DNA of 30,735 bases, from NCBI GenBank assembly GCA_964513405.1, contig CAZEMY010000001.1:1-30735 (forward strand), read 5' to 3'. The translations under genes and the position numbers were made by a program. Position 1 is the stretch's first letter; each line of letters starts with the position of its first letter. Below the pieces are notes generated by a model. It made no database searches, was not told where the DNA came from, and saw only the letters and a list, made by a program, of their open reading frames with translations. Shown one piece after another: positions 7,498 to 16,304 of the stretch. The DNA is from an uncultured Desulfobulbaceae bacterium. GTDB lineage: Bacteria > Desulfobacterota > Desulfobulbia > Desulfobulbales > Desulfobulbaceae.

Positions 7498-8868
7498 ATG
7501 AAAAAAAATAACCTTGGAGCAAAAGTACTGATAGTTGATGATGAACAGGTACACAGGTTTATGCTGAGTTCACTGTTTTCTGAATGGGGCTGGGACAGCA
7601 CCGAGGCTGATGACGGGGTAAGTGCGGTTGCTGCTATTGAGCAGGGCCCTTTTGATGCCGTTCTGATGGATGTAAGGATGACGACAATGGACGGTATGGA
7701 GGCGTTGAAGCGTATCCGTGCCATTAACCCGTCAATTCCCGTGATAATAATGACCGCGTACTCTTCTGTGGATTCTGCGGTTGAAGCGATCAAGAAAGGA
7801 GCCCATGATTATCTGACCAAACCGCTTGACTTTGACCGGCTTCGAGAAACCCTTGAAGTTGCCATGGGGCATAGGAGTAAAAGTGAGGTTAAAGCCCTCT
7901 CTGGCGAACCGTTTGATGAAAATGATCGGATTATTGGTTCCTCCGTCTCCATGTTGGCATTATGGGAGATGATTCTTCAGGTCGCCCCCACCGACGCAAC
8001 AGTGTTGGTTGCCGGTGAGTCCGGCACCGGCAAGGAACTGGTTGCCTCAGCCCTGCACCAGAGAAGTAACCGGGCTGGCGCCCCTTTTGTAAAGGTCAAC
8101 TGTGCATCCCTTGCTGAGACCCTGCTGGAATCTGAATTATTTGGTCATGAAAAAGGAGCGTTTACCGGGGCGGACCGAAGAAGGGAGGGTCGTTTTGTCC
8201 AGGCCCAGTCTGGCACTCTGTTTCTTGACGAGATAGGCGAAACCAGCCCGGCCATGCAGGCCAAGTTGCTGCGGGTTCTTCAGGAACATGAACTGGAGAG
8301 GGTGGGTTCCCAGGAGACAATTTCTGTTGATGTGAGAATCATTGCCGCCACGAATCGTAATCTTGAAGAGGAAGTGGCAGCCGGGTCGTTTAGGGAAGAT
8401 CTTTACTACCGGTTGAATGTGGTGGTGCTGGATGTTCCGGCTCTGCGGGGTCGCAGTGGTGATATTCCCTTGCTGGCTGAGTTTTTCTTTCGCTCTTTTG
8501 CCGAAAAAAACAACCGTCATGTGGTTGGCATAACCCCTGAATGTATGGATATTTTAAACAGGTACCCTTGGCCTGGTAATGTCCGGGAACTGGAAAATGC
8601 CATTGAGCGGGGGGTAATCATGATGCGTGGTGAATATCTCGATACCGCTGGTTTGCCCATGGCTATTCAGCGTTGGGCAGACAGTAATGAGCCTGCCCCA
8701 ATGCCAGAACCTGCTACCTTGAAGGAAGCTGAAAAGGCTTTAATTATAAAGACTCTTGAAGAAACCGGAGGCAATCGCAGCGAAGCGGCAAGAAGGTTGC
8801 AAATTACCCGTAAAACTCTTTCCAATAAACTTAAAAGTTATGAAAATGATTGCTCAGATGACAGCTGA
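7498..8868 (+). CDS. Sigma-54-dependent response regulator (NtrC/ZraR family; REC-AAA+-HTH)
   Basis: REC domain with IVDDE and phospho-acceptor LMDVRM; Walker A GESGTGKE; GAFTGA; FLDEIGE; WPGNVRELEN; C-terminal Fis-type HTH (GNRSEAARRLQITRKTL). Confidence 0.95.
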   Translation: MKKNNLGAKVLIVDDEQVHRFMLSSLFSEWGWDSTEADDGVSAVAAIEQGPFDAVLMDVRMTTMDGMEALKRIRAINPSIPVIIMTAYSSVDSAVEAIKKGAHDYLTKPLDFDRLRETLEVAMGHRSKSEVKALSGEPFDENDRIIGSSVSMLALWEMILQVAPTDATVLVAGESGTGKELVASALHQRSNRAGAPFVKVNCASLAETLLESELFGHEKGAFTGADRRREGRFVQAQSGTLFLDEIGETSPAMQAKLLRVLQEHELERVGSQETISVDVRIIAATNRNLEEEVAAGSFREDLYYRLNVVVLDVPALRGRSGDIPLLAEFFFRSFAEKNNRHVVGITPECMDILNRYPWPGNVRELENAIERGVIMMRGEYLDTAGLPMAIQRWADSNEPAPMPEPATLKEAEKALIIKTLEETGGNRSEAARRLQITRKTLSNKLKSYENDCSDDS

Positions 8869-8952
8869 GATGGTATTGTTGACGAAACTTCATGTTGCCC
8901 GTCCTGGTTGCATGTCATTGTTTAATTTCAGTTTTTAAGGTTTTTCTTAATT

Positions 8953-10848
8953 ATGTCATCATGTCCCCGATATCAGGTCTTGCAGGTAGTTTCTCTGTCC
9001 ATACACCGGCTTCTTCTTGCAGAACAGGATCTGACAATCTTGATGCAGGGAATTTGCGACCAGCTTGTCAGCGATGAATTGCACTCTTCTGCTTGGCTTG
9101 TTCTCTTTGACAGTGAGTCGGACAGTGTTATTACAGTTGAAAGTGGTCTTGGGGAAAGGTTTCAGCTTTTTGTAAAGCAGCTTCGCAACTCGCATCTTCA
9201 TGACTGTGTCCGTAAAAGTTTTGAGAGCGAAGGTCGCATTCCGGTATTATGTCACGACTGCTCATGTGGCCTGTGTCGTAACGATGAAAAGGGAAAAACA
9301 AGTGCTGTTGCGATTGCTTTTCACTGCCGGAAAGGTTTGATCGGTTTTCTTGTGGTGGAGCTGCCTGCTGATGCAGGAAAACCGGATTCTGCCGGGATGG
9401 TTTTGTACAGGGAACTGGCTGAATCCATAGGGATTGCTTTGCGGAGGCTGTTTTTTACTGAGGAGGCCGGGAGGCGGGAGGTAGAACTGCAATGCGTTGA
9501 AGAACGGTTTGAATTGGCTCTGTCCGCCTCCAAGGCTGGTCTCTGGGACTGGAACATAAAGAGCGGGGAAATGTATACCAGTCCCGACCGATTTGACCAG
9601 CTTGATTATCGGCAGGGAGATGGTAGCATGGGTGCGGGCGTGTTGGGGGAAGCGGTTCATCCCGATGACAAAGACAGGGTACTTAAGAGTCTTCATGATC
9701 ATCTTGCCGGTAAAACCGATGAGTATCGGATTGAATACAGGGTTGGTGGTCGGGATGGGGAATGGAAATGGTTCCTTGACCGGGGCAGGGTAGTGGAACG
9801 GGATGAAAAAAACATGCCGGTGCGCATGACTGGCACCCATCAGGATATAACCTCCCAGAGAAAGCAGAGTCAGGCCCTTGCTGCGATTCAGCAGCAACTT
9901 CACGAGACGGTTGACTCTCAGAAAAACTTTCTCCAGACAGTAATTGACAGTGCGGCTGATCCGGTTATGGCCATTGATCTTGATTATAATGTTTTGCTTA
10001 TGAACCGGGCAGCATCATTGGTAATGGGGGTGAAAGAGGATGTTATTCGCCAGGGAAAACAAAAATGTTTCACCATATTTTGTGGTGCCGATTCCCCCTG
10101 TGCAGACCATGACTTTCCCTGCCCTGTCCAAGCGATAGATAGGACAGGGGAGTCCGTGACCATTGTTCATAACCCCTATCACGGCAATGGGGTAAACAAT
10201 ACCTTCGAGATTGAGGTTTCGCCGCTGCGAGACACGGACGGAGTCATATATGGGAGTATCGAGGTAGCAAGAGATATTACCGACAGGCTGCGGATAGAAA
10301 AAGAGTTAAGGGAAAGCAAATCCCGTCTTTATCGCCTTGCCCACCATGATTCCCTGACCGGACTTCCTAACCGGCTTCTCTTCAAGGACAGGCTTGAACA
10401 GACCATGTTGAAGGCTAAACGAACCAAAGTAAAGGTTGCGGTTCTTTTTCTTGATCTTGATAAATTTAAAGATGTCAACGACACCCTGGGACACGATGTG
10501 GGCGATGAACTTCTTATTGAAGTTGCCGGCAGGCTTCAGGCGTTATGCCGACAGTCGGACACCGTGGCAAGGCTGGGCGGAGATGAATTTGTTTTTCTTC
10601 TTGATAATATTAAAGATATAAGTGGAGCGGAAACGGTTGCCCGGAAGATATCAGCGGCCATGGATAAAGCGGTGCTTGTTAATGGACATGAACTGTGGAT
10701 TTCCACCAGCATTGGAATTGCTGTTTTTCCTGATGATGGCGGGGATATTGAGGAGGTCATCAGGAAGGCTGATACGGCTCTTTATCAGGCAAAAAAAAGT
10801 GGTCGAAACTGTTTCGTTTTTTATCAACCTGGGATGACTATGGGGTAA
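8953..10848 (+). CDS. Diguanylate cyclase with GAF-like N-terminus, two PAS/PAC domains and GGDEF
   Basis: LWDWNI..VHPDD..EYRIEYR..WFLDRG PAS/PAC; AHHDSLTGLPNR; FLDLDKFKDVNDTLGHDVGD; RQSD I-site five residues before GGDEF; no EAL domain. Confidence 0.93.
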   Translation: MSSCPRYQVLQVVSLSIHRLLLAEQDLTILMQGICDQLVSDELHSSAWLVLFDSESDSVITVESGLGERFQLFVKQLRNSHLHDCVRKSFESEGRIPVLCHDCSCGLCRNDEKGKTSAVAIAFHCRKGLIGFLVVELPADAGKPDSAGMVLYRELAESIGIALRRLFFTEEAGRREVELQCVEERFELALSASKAGLWDWNIKSGEMYTSPDRFDQLDYRQGDGSMGAGVLGEAVHPDDKDRVLKSLHDHLAGKTDEYRIEYRVGGRDGEWKWFLDRGRVVERDEKNMPVRMTGTHQDITSQRKQSQALAAIQQQLHETVDSQKNFLQTVIDSAADPVMAIDLDYNVLLMNRAASLVMGVKEDVIRQGKQKCFTIFCGADSPCADHDFPCPVQAIDRTGESVTIVHNPYHGNGVNNTFEIEVSPLRDTDGVIYGSIEVARDITDRLRIEKELRESKSRLYRLAHHDSLTGLPNRLLFKDRLEQTMLKAKRTKVKVAVLFLDLDKFKDVNDTLGHDVGDELLIEVAGRLQALCRQSDTVARLGGDEFVFLLDNIKDISGAETVARKISAAMDKAVLVNGHELWISTSIGIAVFPDDGGDIEEVIRKADTALYQAKKSGRNCFVFYQPGMTMG

Positions 10849-10897
10849 AATAGGCTTTGTTTTTGATTTTTAACTTTTAACTTTGGAGAGGATGCAA

Positions 10898-12205
10898 ATG
10901 CGAACAGATATTCTTCATGCTGGTGCTGGTGAGTTGACCTATGAAATTAGAAATATTGTCAATGTAGGCAAAAAACTCCAAAGACTTGGAGTACAGGTCA
11001 ACTGGGAGAATATCGGTGATCCGATTGCCAAGGGAGAAGAAATCCCCGCCTGGATGAAGGATGTTGTTGCAGATGCCGTCAGGGATTCGGCAACTTGGGG
11101 GTATTCCCCGACCCGGGGTATGCTTGAGGCGAGAGAGTATATTGCCACAGAAACCAACGGTATGGGAGGGACTCAGATAAGCCCGGACGATATAATTTTT
11201 TTTAATGGGCTTGGTGATGCCATTTCCAAGGTGTTTGGTCTACTTAAGCCGACCGCAAGGGTAATTGTTCCGTCTCCGAGCTATACAACTCATTCATCGG
11301 CAGAGGCAGCCCATGCCGGTGCGCAACCGATAACCTATGCCCTTGATCCTGCCAATCTCTGGTACCCGGATATAGAGAATCTTGAAAACCATGTCAGGTA
11401 TAACCCGGCGGTGGCAGGTATTCTGATTATAAATCCTGATAATCCCACTGGTGCTGTTTATCCTCTTGATATTATTCGCTCCATTGTCGATCTTTGCGAG
11501 AAATATGATCTGTTTATTATCTGTGACGAGGTTTATCAGGGCATAGCCTATAATGGTACTGTTGCGGTACCGCTATGTACAGTTATAGGGGACAGGGTTC
11601 CGGCTTTATGTATGCGTGGTACTTCCAAGGAGATGCCCTGGCCGGGTGGTCGCTGCGGATGGATAGAGGTGTATAACGGTGACCGTGACCCCATGTTTGC
11701 AACTTTTGTTCAGTCAATCCTTAACGCAAAAATGTTGGAAGTATGCTCCACAACCCTTCCCCAGGTAGTTTTACCCATTATAAAAAGTCACCCTCGCTAT
11801 CAGGAATACCTAGAGGAGAGAGTTGATCGTTACGAGCGATATTCAAATCTTGCCTATGATATTTTGAAAAAAGTAGATGGGATTATAGTTAACCGTACAA
11901 ACGGTGCTTTTTATATGAGTGTTGTCTTTGAAAAAGATCGCCTCACCCATGCCCAGAGCCTGCCGGTTGCCAGTGATGAGGTCAGGGAGACCGTTGTCGA
12001 TATGGTCAGCGGCCCGTCGGTTTCCCTTGATAAACGGTTTGTCTATTACCTGCTGGCTTCAACCGGAATCTGTGTAGTACCTCTTTCTTCCTTTGCCACT
12101 GATCTCCAGGGTTTTCGCATAACCATTTTGGAAAGAGACGAGAAGGAGTTTGTCAGGATCTTTGAGACAATTGCCGCTGCGATTGGCAGTTATTTTGAGT
12201 CATGA
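10898..12205 (+). CDS. PLP-dependent aminotransferase class I/II (AlaA-like); ORF track starts at 10883
   Basis: NWENIGDP, INPDNPTGAVY, DEVY, catalytic Lys in GTSKEMPWPGGRCGW; RBS GAGGA precedes ATG 10898. Confidence 0.88.
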   Translation: MRTDILHAGAGELTYEIRNIVNVGKKLQRLGVQVNWENIGDPIAKGEEIPAWMKDVVADAVRDSATWGYSPTRGMLEAREYIATETNGMGGTQISPDDIIFFNGLGDAISKVFGLLKPTARVIVPSPSYTTHSSAEAAHAGAQPITYALDPANLWYPDIENLENHVRYNPAVAGILIINPDNPTGAVYPLDIIRSIVDLCEKYDLFIICDEVYQGIAYNGTVAVPLCTVIGDRVPALCMRGTSKEMPWPGGRCGWIEVYNGDRDPMFATFVQSILNAKMLEVCSTTLPQVVLPIIKSHPRYQEYLEERVDRYERYSNLAYDILKKVDGIIVNRTNGAFYMSVVFEKDRLTHAQSLPVASDEVRETVVDMVSGPSVSLDKRFVYYLLASTGICVVPLSSFATDLQGFRITILERDEKEFVRIFETIAAAIGSYFES

Positions 12206-12234
12206 TTGGCAGTCAGTATGGTGTTTGGGGGTAG

Positions 12235-12300
12235 GTATCCGGCACTCACCAGCTTATACAACATTGTTTTTTATAGCTGGTGAGTGGCGGATACTCTTTT
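12235..12300 (+). terminator. Long hairpin (20-bp arms, 1 mismatch) plus TCTTTT; probable terminator or REP-like element
   Basis: GTATCCGGCACTCACCAGCT (12235-12254) versus AGCTGGTGAGTGGCGGATAC (12275-12294), followed by TCTTTT. Confidence 0.6.
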
Positions 12301-12308
12301 TCCTCCGC

Positions 12309-12337
12309 TTGACATAAACCTGCACCATACTTATTGT
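12309..12337 (+). promoter_or_regulatory. Putative sigma70 promoter for grpE-dnaK
   Basis: TTGACA (12309-12314), 17-nt spacer, TATTGT (12332-12337). Confidence 0.5.
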
Positions 12338-12404
12338 TCCGTCCAGATTTGTATATTTTTGTATAACTGTTGTTTTGGAATTAGAATGGGAAAAGGAGTG
12401 AGCC

Positions 12405-12998
12405 GTGGAAGAAGAGAAAAAAGGGAGAGCAGCCGGGTCGGTTGATGAGCAACAAGTTCCTGAAGAGACTGATTCTGTAGGAGCAATATCAGATTTGTGT
12501 TCTGATGAGGAACAGGAAGAACAGAAAAAGAAACCTGATATCAAGGCCATGGAAGATGAACTTGAGGCAGCAAAAGATAAAATGCTGAGGGTTGCAGCTG
12601 ATGCGGATAACTTCAAAAAGCGAATGGAGCGGGAGAAAGAAAGGCTTTTTAAGTATGCCGGGGAAAATATCTTGAGGGAGTTGTTGGCCACTGCGGATAA
12701 TCTTGAGCGGGCTTTGGCACAGGGTCGGGAAGAAAGCGGGGGAGGCGAGCAGAAACTGGAGGCCATGCTGGAGGGGCTGGAACTGACTAATAAAGGTTTG
12801 CTGGGATTATTGGAAAAATTTGATGTTGCTCCCGTTGAAACGGTGGGCTGCGAGTTCAATCCGGATGAAATGGCTGCTCTTGTGATGGAGGATAATGCTG
12901 ATATCCCGAAGAATCATGTTATCAGGGAGTTTGCCAAAGGTTATCGATTTAAGGACAAGATGCTTCGCCATGCCCAGGTGGTGGTTTCAAACGGGTAA
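12405..12998 (+). CDS. grpE: Nucleotide exchange factor GrpE
   Basis: LRVAADADNFKKRMERE, LLATADNLERAL, KGYRFKDKMLRHAQVVVS; GTG start with GGAG RBS; upstream of dnaK. Confidence 0.95.
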   Translation: MEEEKKGRAAGSVDEQQVPEETDSVGAISDLCSDEEQEEQKKKPDIKAMEDELEAAKDKMLRVAADADNFKKRMEREKERLFKYAGENILRELLATADNLERALAQGREESGGGEQKLEAMLEGLELTNKGLLGLLEKFDVAPVETVGCEFNPDEMAALVMEDNADIPKNHVIREFAKGYRFKDKMLRHAQVVVSNG

Positions 12999-13213
12999 AA
13001 CATTTAAGGGGTCGTGGTTTTTTTAGCTGACTCCGCACCAACCCGAATGTTTACGATAGAAACGAAAATCGTTCTTGACAACAGACGGATAATGCACATT
13101 GTAAATGCGACTGTATATCATAAATTAATATTTTGTTAAAAGCTGGTCGAAATGAAATAACATTTTTGGCTGATAGATGTAATGATACCTGAAAGAGGGG
13201 AAGGAGTGTAGTT

Positions 13214-15169
13214 ATGGGAAGAATAATCGGGATTGACTTGGGAACAACCAACTCATGTGTTGCTGTGATGGAAGGTGGCGAACCTAAGGTTATAGAAAAT
13301 TCTGAAGGGATGAGAACCACCCCTTCAGTGGTTGCCTTTGCTGACAAAGGTGAACGACTCGTTGGGCAGGTTGCAAGAAGACAGGCTGTTACCAACCCGA
13401 CAAAAACCCTGTTTGCCATAAAAAGGCTTATTGGGCGTAAGTTTACCGACCCTGAGGTTAAAAAATCCATTGAGGTCAGCCCGTTCAATATTGTGGAAGG
13501 AAGCGGTGGCGATGCCGTTGTTGAGGTTGATGGCAAGCAGTACAGTGCGGCTGAGATTTCTGCCATGATTCTTGGCAAAATGAAACAGACTGCAGAGGAG
13601 TATTTTGGTGAGCCGGTCACAGAGGCGGTTGTTACTGTACCTGCTTACTTTAATGATGCCCAGCGTCAGGCAACCAAAGATGCCGGTAAGATTGCCGGTC
13701 TTGATGTGAAGAGAATTATCAATGAGCCGACTGCTGCCTCTCTTGCCTATGGTTTAGACAAAAAAGGTGATGAGAAAATAGCGGTCTTTGATCTTGGTGG
13801 CGGTACCTTTGATGTGTCTATTCTTGAAATAGGTGATGGGGTATTTGAGGTTAAGGCGACCAACGGCGATACATTTCTCGGTGGCGAAGATTTTGACATG
13901 CGGATCGTAAACTGGCTTGCTGATGAATTCAAGCGGGAACACGGTATTGATCTACGAAGTGACAACATGGCCTTGCAACGATTGAAAGAAGAGGGGGAGA
14001 AAGCCAAGAAAGAGTTGTCCACTGCCATGGAAACCGATATTAACCTGCCGTTTATCACAGCAGATGCCAGTGGACCCAAGCATTTGAACTTGAAATTGTC
14101 CAGGGCAAAGCTGGAAAGCCTTGTTGATGACCTAATAGAGAGGACAGCTGCACCATGTCTGACTGCCTTAAAAGATGCCGGTTTAAATGCGTCTGATATT
14201 GATGAGGTTATTTTGGTTGGTGGTATGATTCGGATGCCGAAAGTGCAGGAAAAGGTCAAGGAAATTTTTGGCAAAGATCCCCATAAGGGTGTAAACCCTG
14301 ATGAAGTGGTTGCTATTGGTGCTGCAATTCAGGGTGGTGTTTTAAAGGGTGATGTCAAGGATGTGCTTCTTCTCGATGTTACCCCGTTATCGCTTGGGAT
14401 TGAGACCCTTGGCGGAGTAACTACCAAGCTCATTGAGAAAAATACCACCGTGCCGACCAAGAAAAGTCAGGTATTCTCAACTGCTGCTGATAATCAGCCG
14501 GCAGTGTCCATCCATGTTCTTCAGGGTGAGCGGGAAATGGCTCCGGATAACAAAACCATTGGTCGCTTTGAGTTAACTGAAATTCCGCCTGCTCCTCGGG
14601 GTGTACCGCAGGTTGAGGTGACTTTTGACCTTGATGCAAACGGTATCCTTCATGTTTCAGCCAAGGATATGGGAACAGGCAGGGAGCAGTCCATTCAGAT
14701 AACTGCATCTTCAGGTCTCTCGGAAACAGAAATTGAGCGAATGAAAAAAGATGCGGAATTGCATGCTGAAGACGATAAAAAACGAAAAAATTTGGTTGAA
14801 GCCAAGAATAATGGCGACTCCATGATACATATGACCGAGAAAAGTCTTACTGAGCTTGGCGACAAAGTTGATGCTGAAACCAAAGCCAAGGTGGAAGAAG
14901 AGATCGCCGCTCTGAAAAAAGCTCTTGAAGGAGACGATGTTGAAGAAATCAAAGCTGCCACGGAGAAGTTGACCGCAGCATCACATAAACTGGCTGAACT
15001 TATGTACTCCCAGACTTCGCAGGAACAGGGTGGAGCTGGAGCTGCCGGTGCAGGTGCTGCCGGGGCTGCTGGAGCTGGAGCCGCCGGCGGCGACGGAGGC
15101 GGAGCCTCTCAAAAGCCCAAAGGTGATGATGACGATGTCGTTGATGCCGACTTTGAGGAAGTAAAGTAG
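13214..15169 (+). CDS. dnaK: Molecular chaperone DnaK (Hsp70)
   Basis: [45 protein letters not shown]; acidic C-terminus [11 protein letters not shown]. Confidence 0.99.
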   Translation: MGRIIGIDLGTTNSCVAVMEGGEPKVIENSEGMRTTPSVVAFADKGERLVGQVARRQAVTNPTKTLFAIKRLIGRKFTDPEVKKSIEVSPFNIVEGSGGDAVVEVDGKQYSAAEISAMILGKMKQTAEEYFGEPVTEAVVTVPAYFNDAQRQATKDAGKIAGLDVKRIINEPTAASLAYGLDKKGDEKIAVFDLGGGTFDVSILEIGDGVFEVKATNGDTFLGGEDFDMRIVNWLADEFKREHGIDLRSDNMALQRLKEEGEKAKKELSTAMETDINLPFITADASGPKHLNLKLSRAKLESLVDDLIERTAAPCLTALKDAGLNASDIDEVILVGGMIRMPKVQEKVKEIFGKDPHKGVNPDEVVAIGAAIQGGVLKGDVKDVLLLDVTPLSLGIETLGGVTTKLIEKNTTVPTKKSQVFSTAADNQPAVSIHVLQGEREMAPDNKTIGRFELTEIPPAPRGVPQVEVTFDLDANGILHVSAKDMGTGREQSIQITASSGLSETEIERMKKDAELHAEDDKKRKNLVEAKNNGDSMIHMTEKSLTELGDKVDAETKAKVEEEIAALKKALEGDDVEEIKAATEKLTAASHKLAELMYSQTSQEQGGAGAAGAGAAGAAGAGAAGGDGGGASQKPKGDDDDVVDADFEEVK

Positions 15170-15171
15170 TT

Positions 15172-15300
15172 CAGGGTTCAGGGGACAGAGGACAGAGGAC
15201 AGGTAAGCAGCCCGCCTTCGGCGGATGAGTTTAACAACACCCGGATCACCGATCTCCCCTCTGTACTCTGGCACTTGGCATCTGTCTCCTGTAAACTGTA
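15172..15300. repeat. Inverted heptad-array element copy B
   Basis: CAG at 15172/79/86/93/15200; core hairpin CCGCC-TTC-GGCGG (15212-15224); CTG at 15261/68/82/89/96 (TTG at 15275). Confidence 0.75.
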
Positions 15301-15313
15301 ACCCCCTTTACCA

Positions 15314-16282
15314 ATGAAACGCTTACTCTCCGGCATTCAGCCGTCCGGAAAACTTCATATTGGCAATTATTTTGGTATGATGAAGACCATGATTGCCAAT
15401 ATGGAGGATTCTGACCTTTTCGTATTTATTGTCAATCTCCATGCAATGACCAGCGTTCAGAATAAGCAGCGTCTGAGCCAGGGAACCCTGGAAGCGGCGG
15501 CTGATTTTCTGGCTCTGGGTCTTGATCCGGATAAGTGTACCTTTTGGGTACAGTCAGATGTCCCTGAAGTATGTGAACTGTTTTGGTTTCTATCCACCTT
15601 GACTCCCATGGGTCTTCTTGAAAGGTGTCATTCATACAAGGACAAAGTGGCTAAAGGGATTGCACCCAGTCATGGCCTTTTTTCCTATCCGGTTCTTATG
15701 GCGGCTGATATTCTTCTCTTCCAGTCGGAAGTGGTGCCGGTGGGCAAGGACCAGAAACAGCATCTTGAAGTGGCAAGAGATATAGCCATTAAGTTCAACA
15801 ACAGCTTTGGAGATACCTTTGTCGTTCCAGAGCCGGCTATCAGCAAAACAACTGCTGTTGTTCCCGGACTCGATGGTCAGAAGATGTCCAAATCATATGA
15901 CAATACCATTCCAATATTTATGGATGATAAACCGCTTCGTAAGAAGGTTATGTCCATCCAGACCGATGCCACCCCTGTTGAAGACCCCAAAAACCCTGAT
16001 TCCTGTAATCTTTTTGCTATGCTCAAACTCTTTGCCCCACCGGAGCAATTAAGCGAGGTTCGCAATCTGTATGTAAAAGGTGGTGCCGCCTACGGTTATA
16101 TTAAGCAGGATCTTTTTGAGCTTATCCGGGATTATTTTTCCAGGGCAAGGGATCGAAAAAAAGAGTTGCTGGATAATCAGGACTATCTGCGGGAGGTTCT
16201 GGCAAAAGGTGCGGACAAGGCAAGGGGTGAGGCAGTTAAAACCCTTGACCTGGTCAGGGAACGGGTTGGTTTGCGTTACTGA
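15314..16282 (+). CDS. trpS: Tryptophan--tRNA ligase
   Basis: SGIQPSGKLHIGNY (HIGH), YPVLMAADIL, VPVGKDQKQHLE, KMSKS. Confidence 0.97.
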   Translation: MKRLLSGIQPSGKLHIGNYFGMMKTMIANMEDSDLFVFIVNLHAMTSVQNKQRLSQGTLEAAADFLALGLDPDKCTFWVQSDVPEVCELFWFLSTLTPMGLLERCHSYKDKVAKGIAPSHGLFSYPVLMAADILLFQSEVVPVGKDQKQHLEVARDIAIKFNNSFGDTFVVPEPAISKTTAVVPGLDGQKMSKSYDNTIPIFMDDKPLRKKVMSIQTDATPVEDPKNPDSCNLFAMLKLFAPPEQLSEVRNLYVKGGAAYGYIKQDLFELIRDYFSRARDRKKELLDNQDYLREVLAKGADKARGEAVKTLDLVRERVGLRY

Positions 16283-16304
16283 TGATTTCGGTTGAAATCC
16301 CTTC

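Noticed and set aside
9262-9903. 213-aa minus-strand ORF
   Set aside because: Antisense shadow within the diguanylate cyclase.
12242-12287. CIRCE (HrcA operator) upstream of grpE
   Set aside because: Half-site-like GCACTC/GAGTG are 34 nt apart, not 9, and lack the TTA/TAA flanks; better explained as part of a long hairpin.
12254-13620. 201-aa and 189-aa minus-strand ORFs
   Set aside because: Antisense shadows of grpE and dnaK with Ser-rich, non-protein-like composition.
15031-15105. Gly/Ala repeat in the DnaK tail
   Set aside because: Low-complexity C-terminal linkers are normal in DnaK; the DNA is not a perfect repeat.
15264-15290. Sigma-54 promoter (TGGCAC..) before trpS
   Set aside because: No TTGC at the -12 position; the motif is part of the heptad array.
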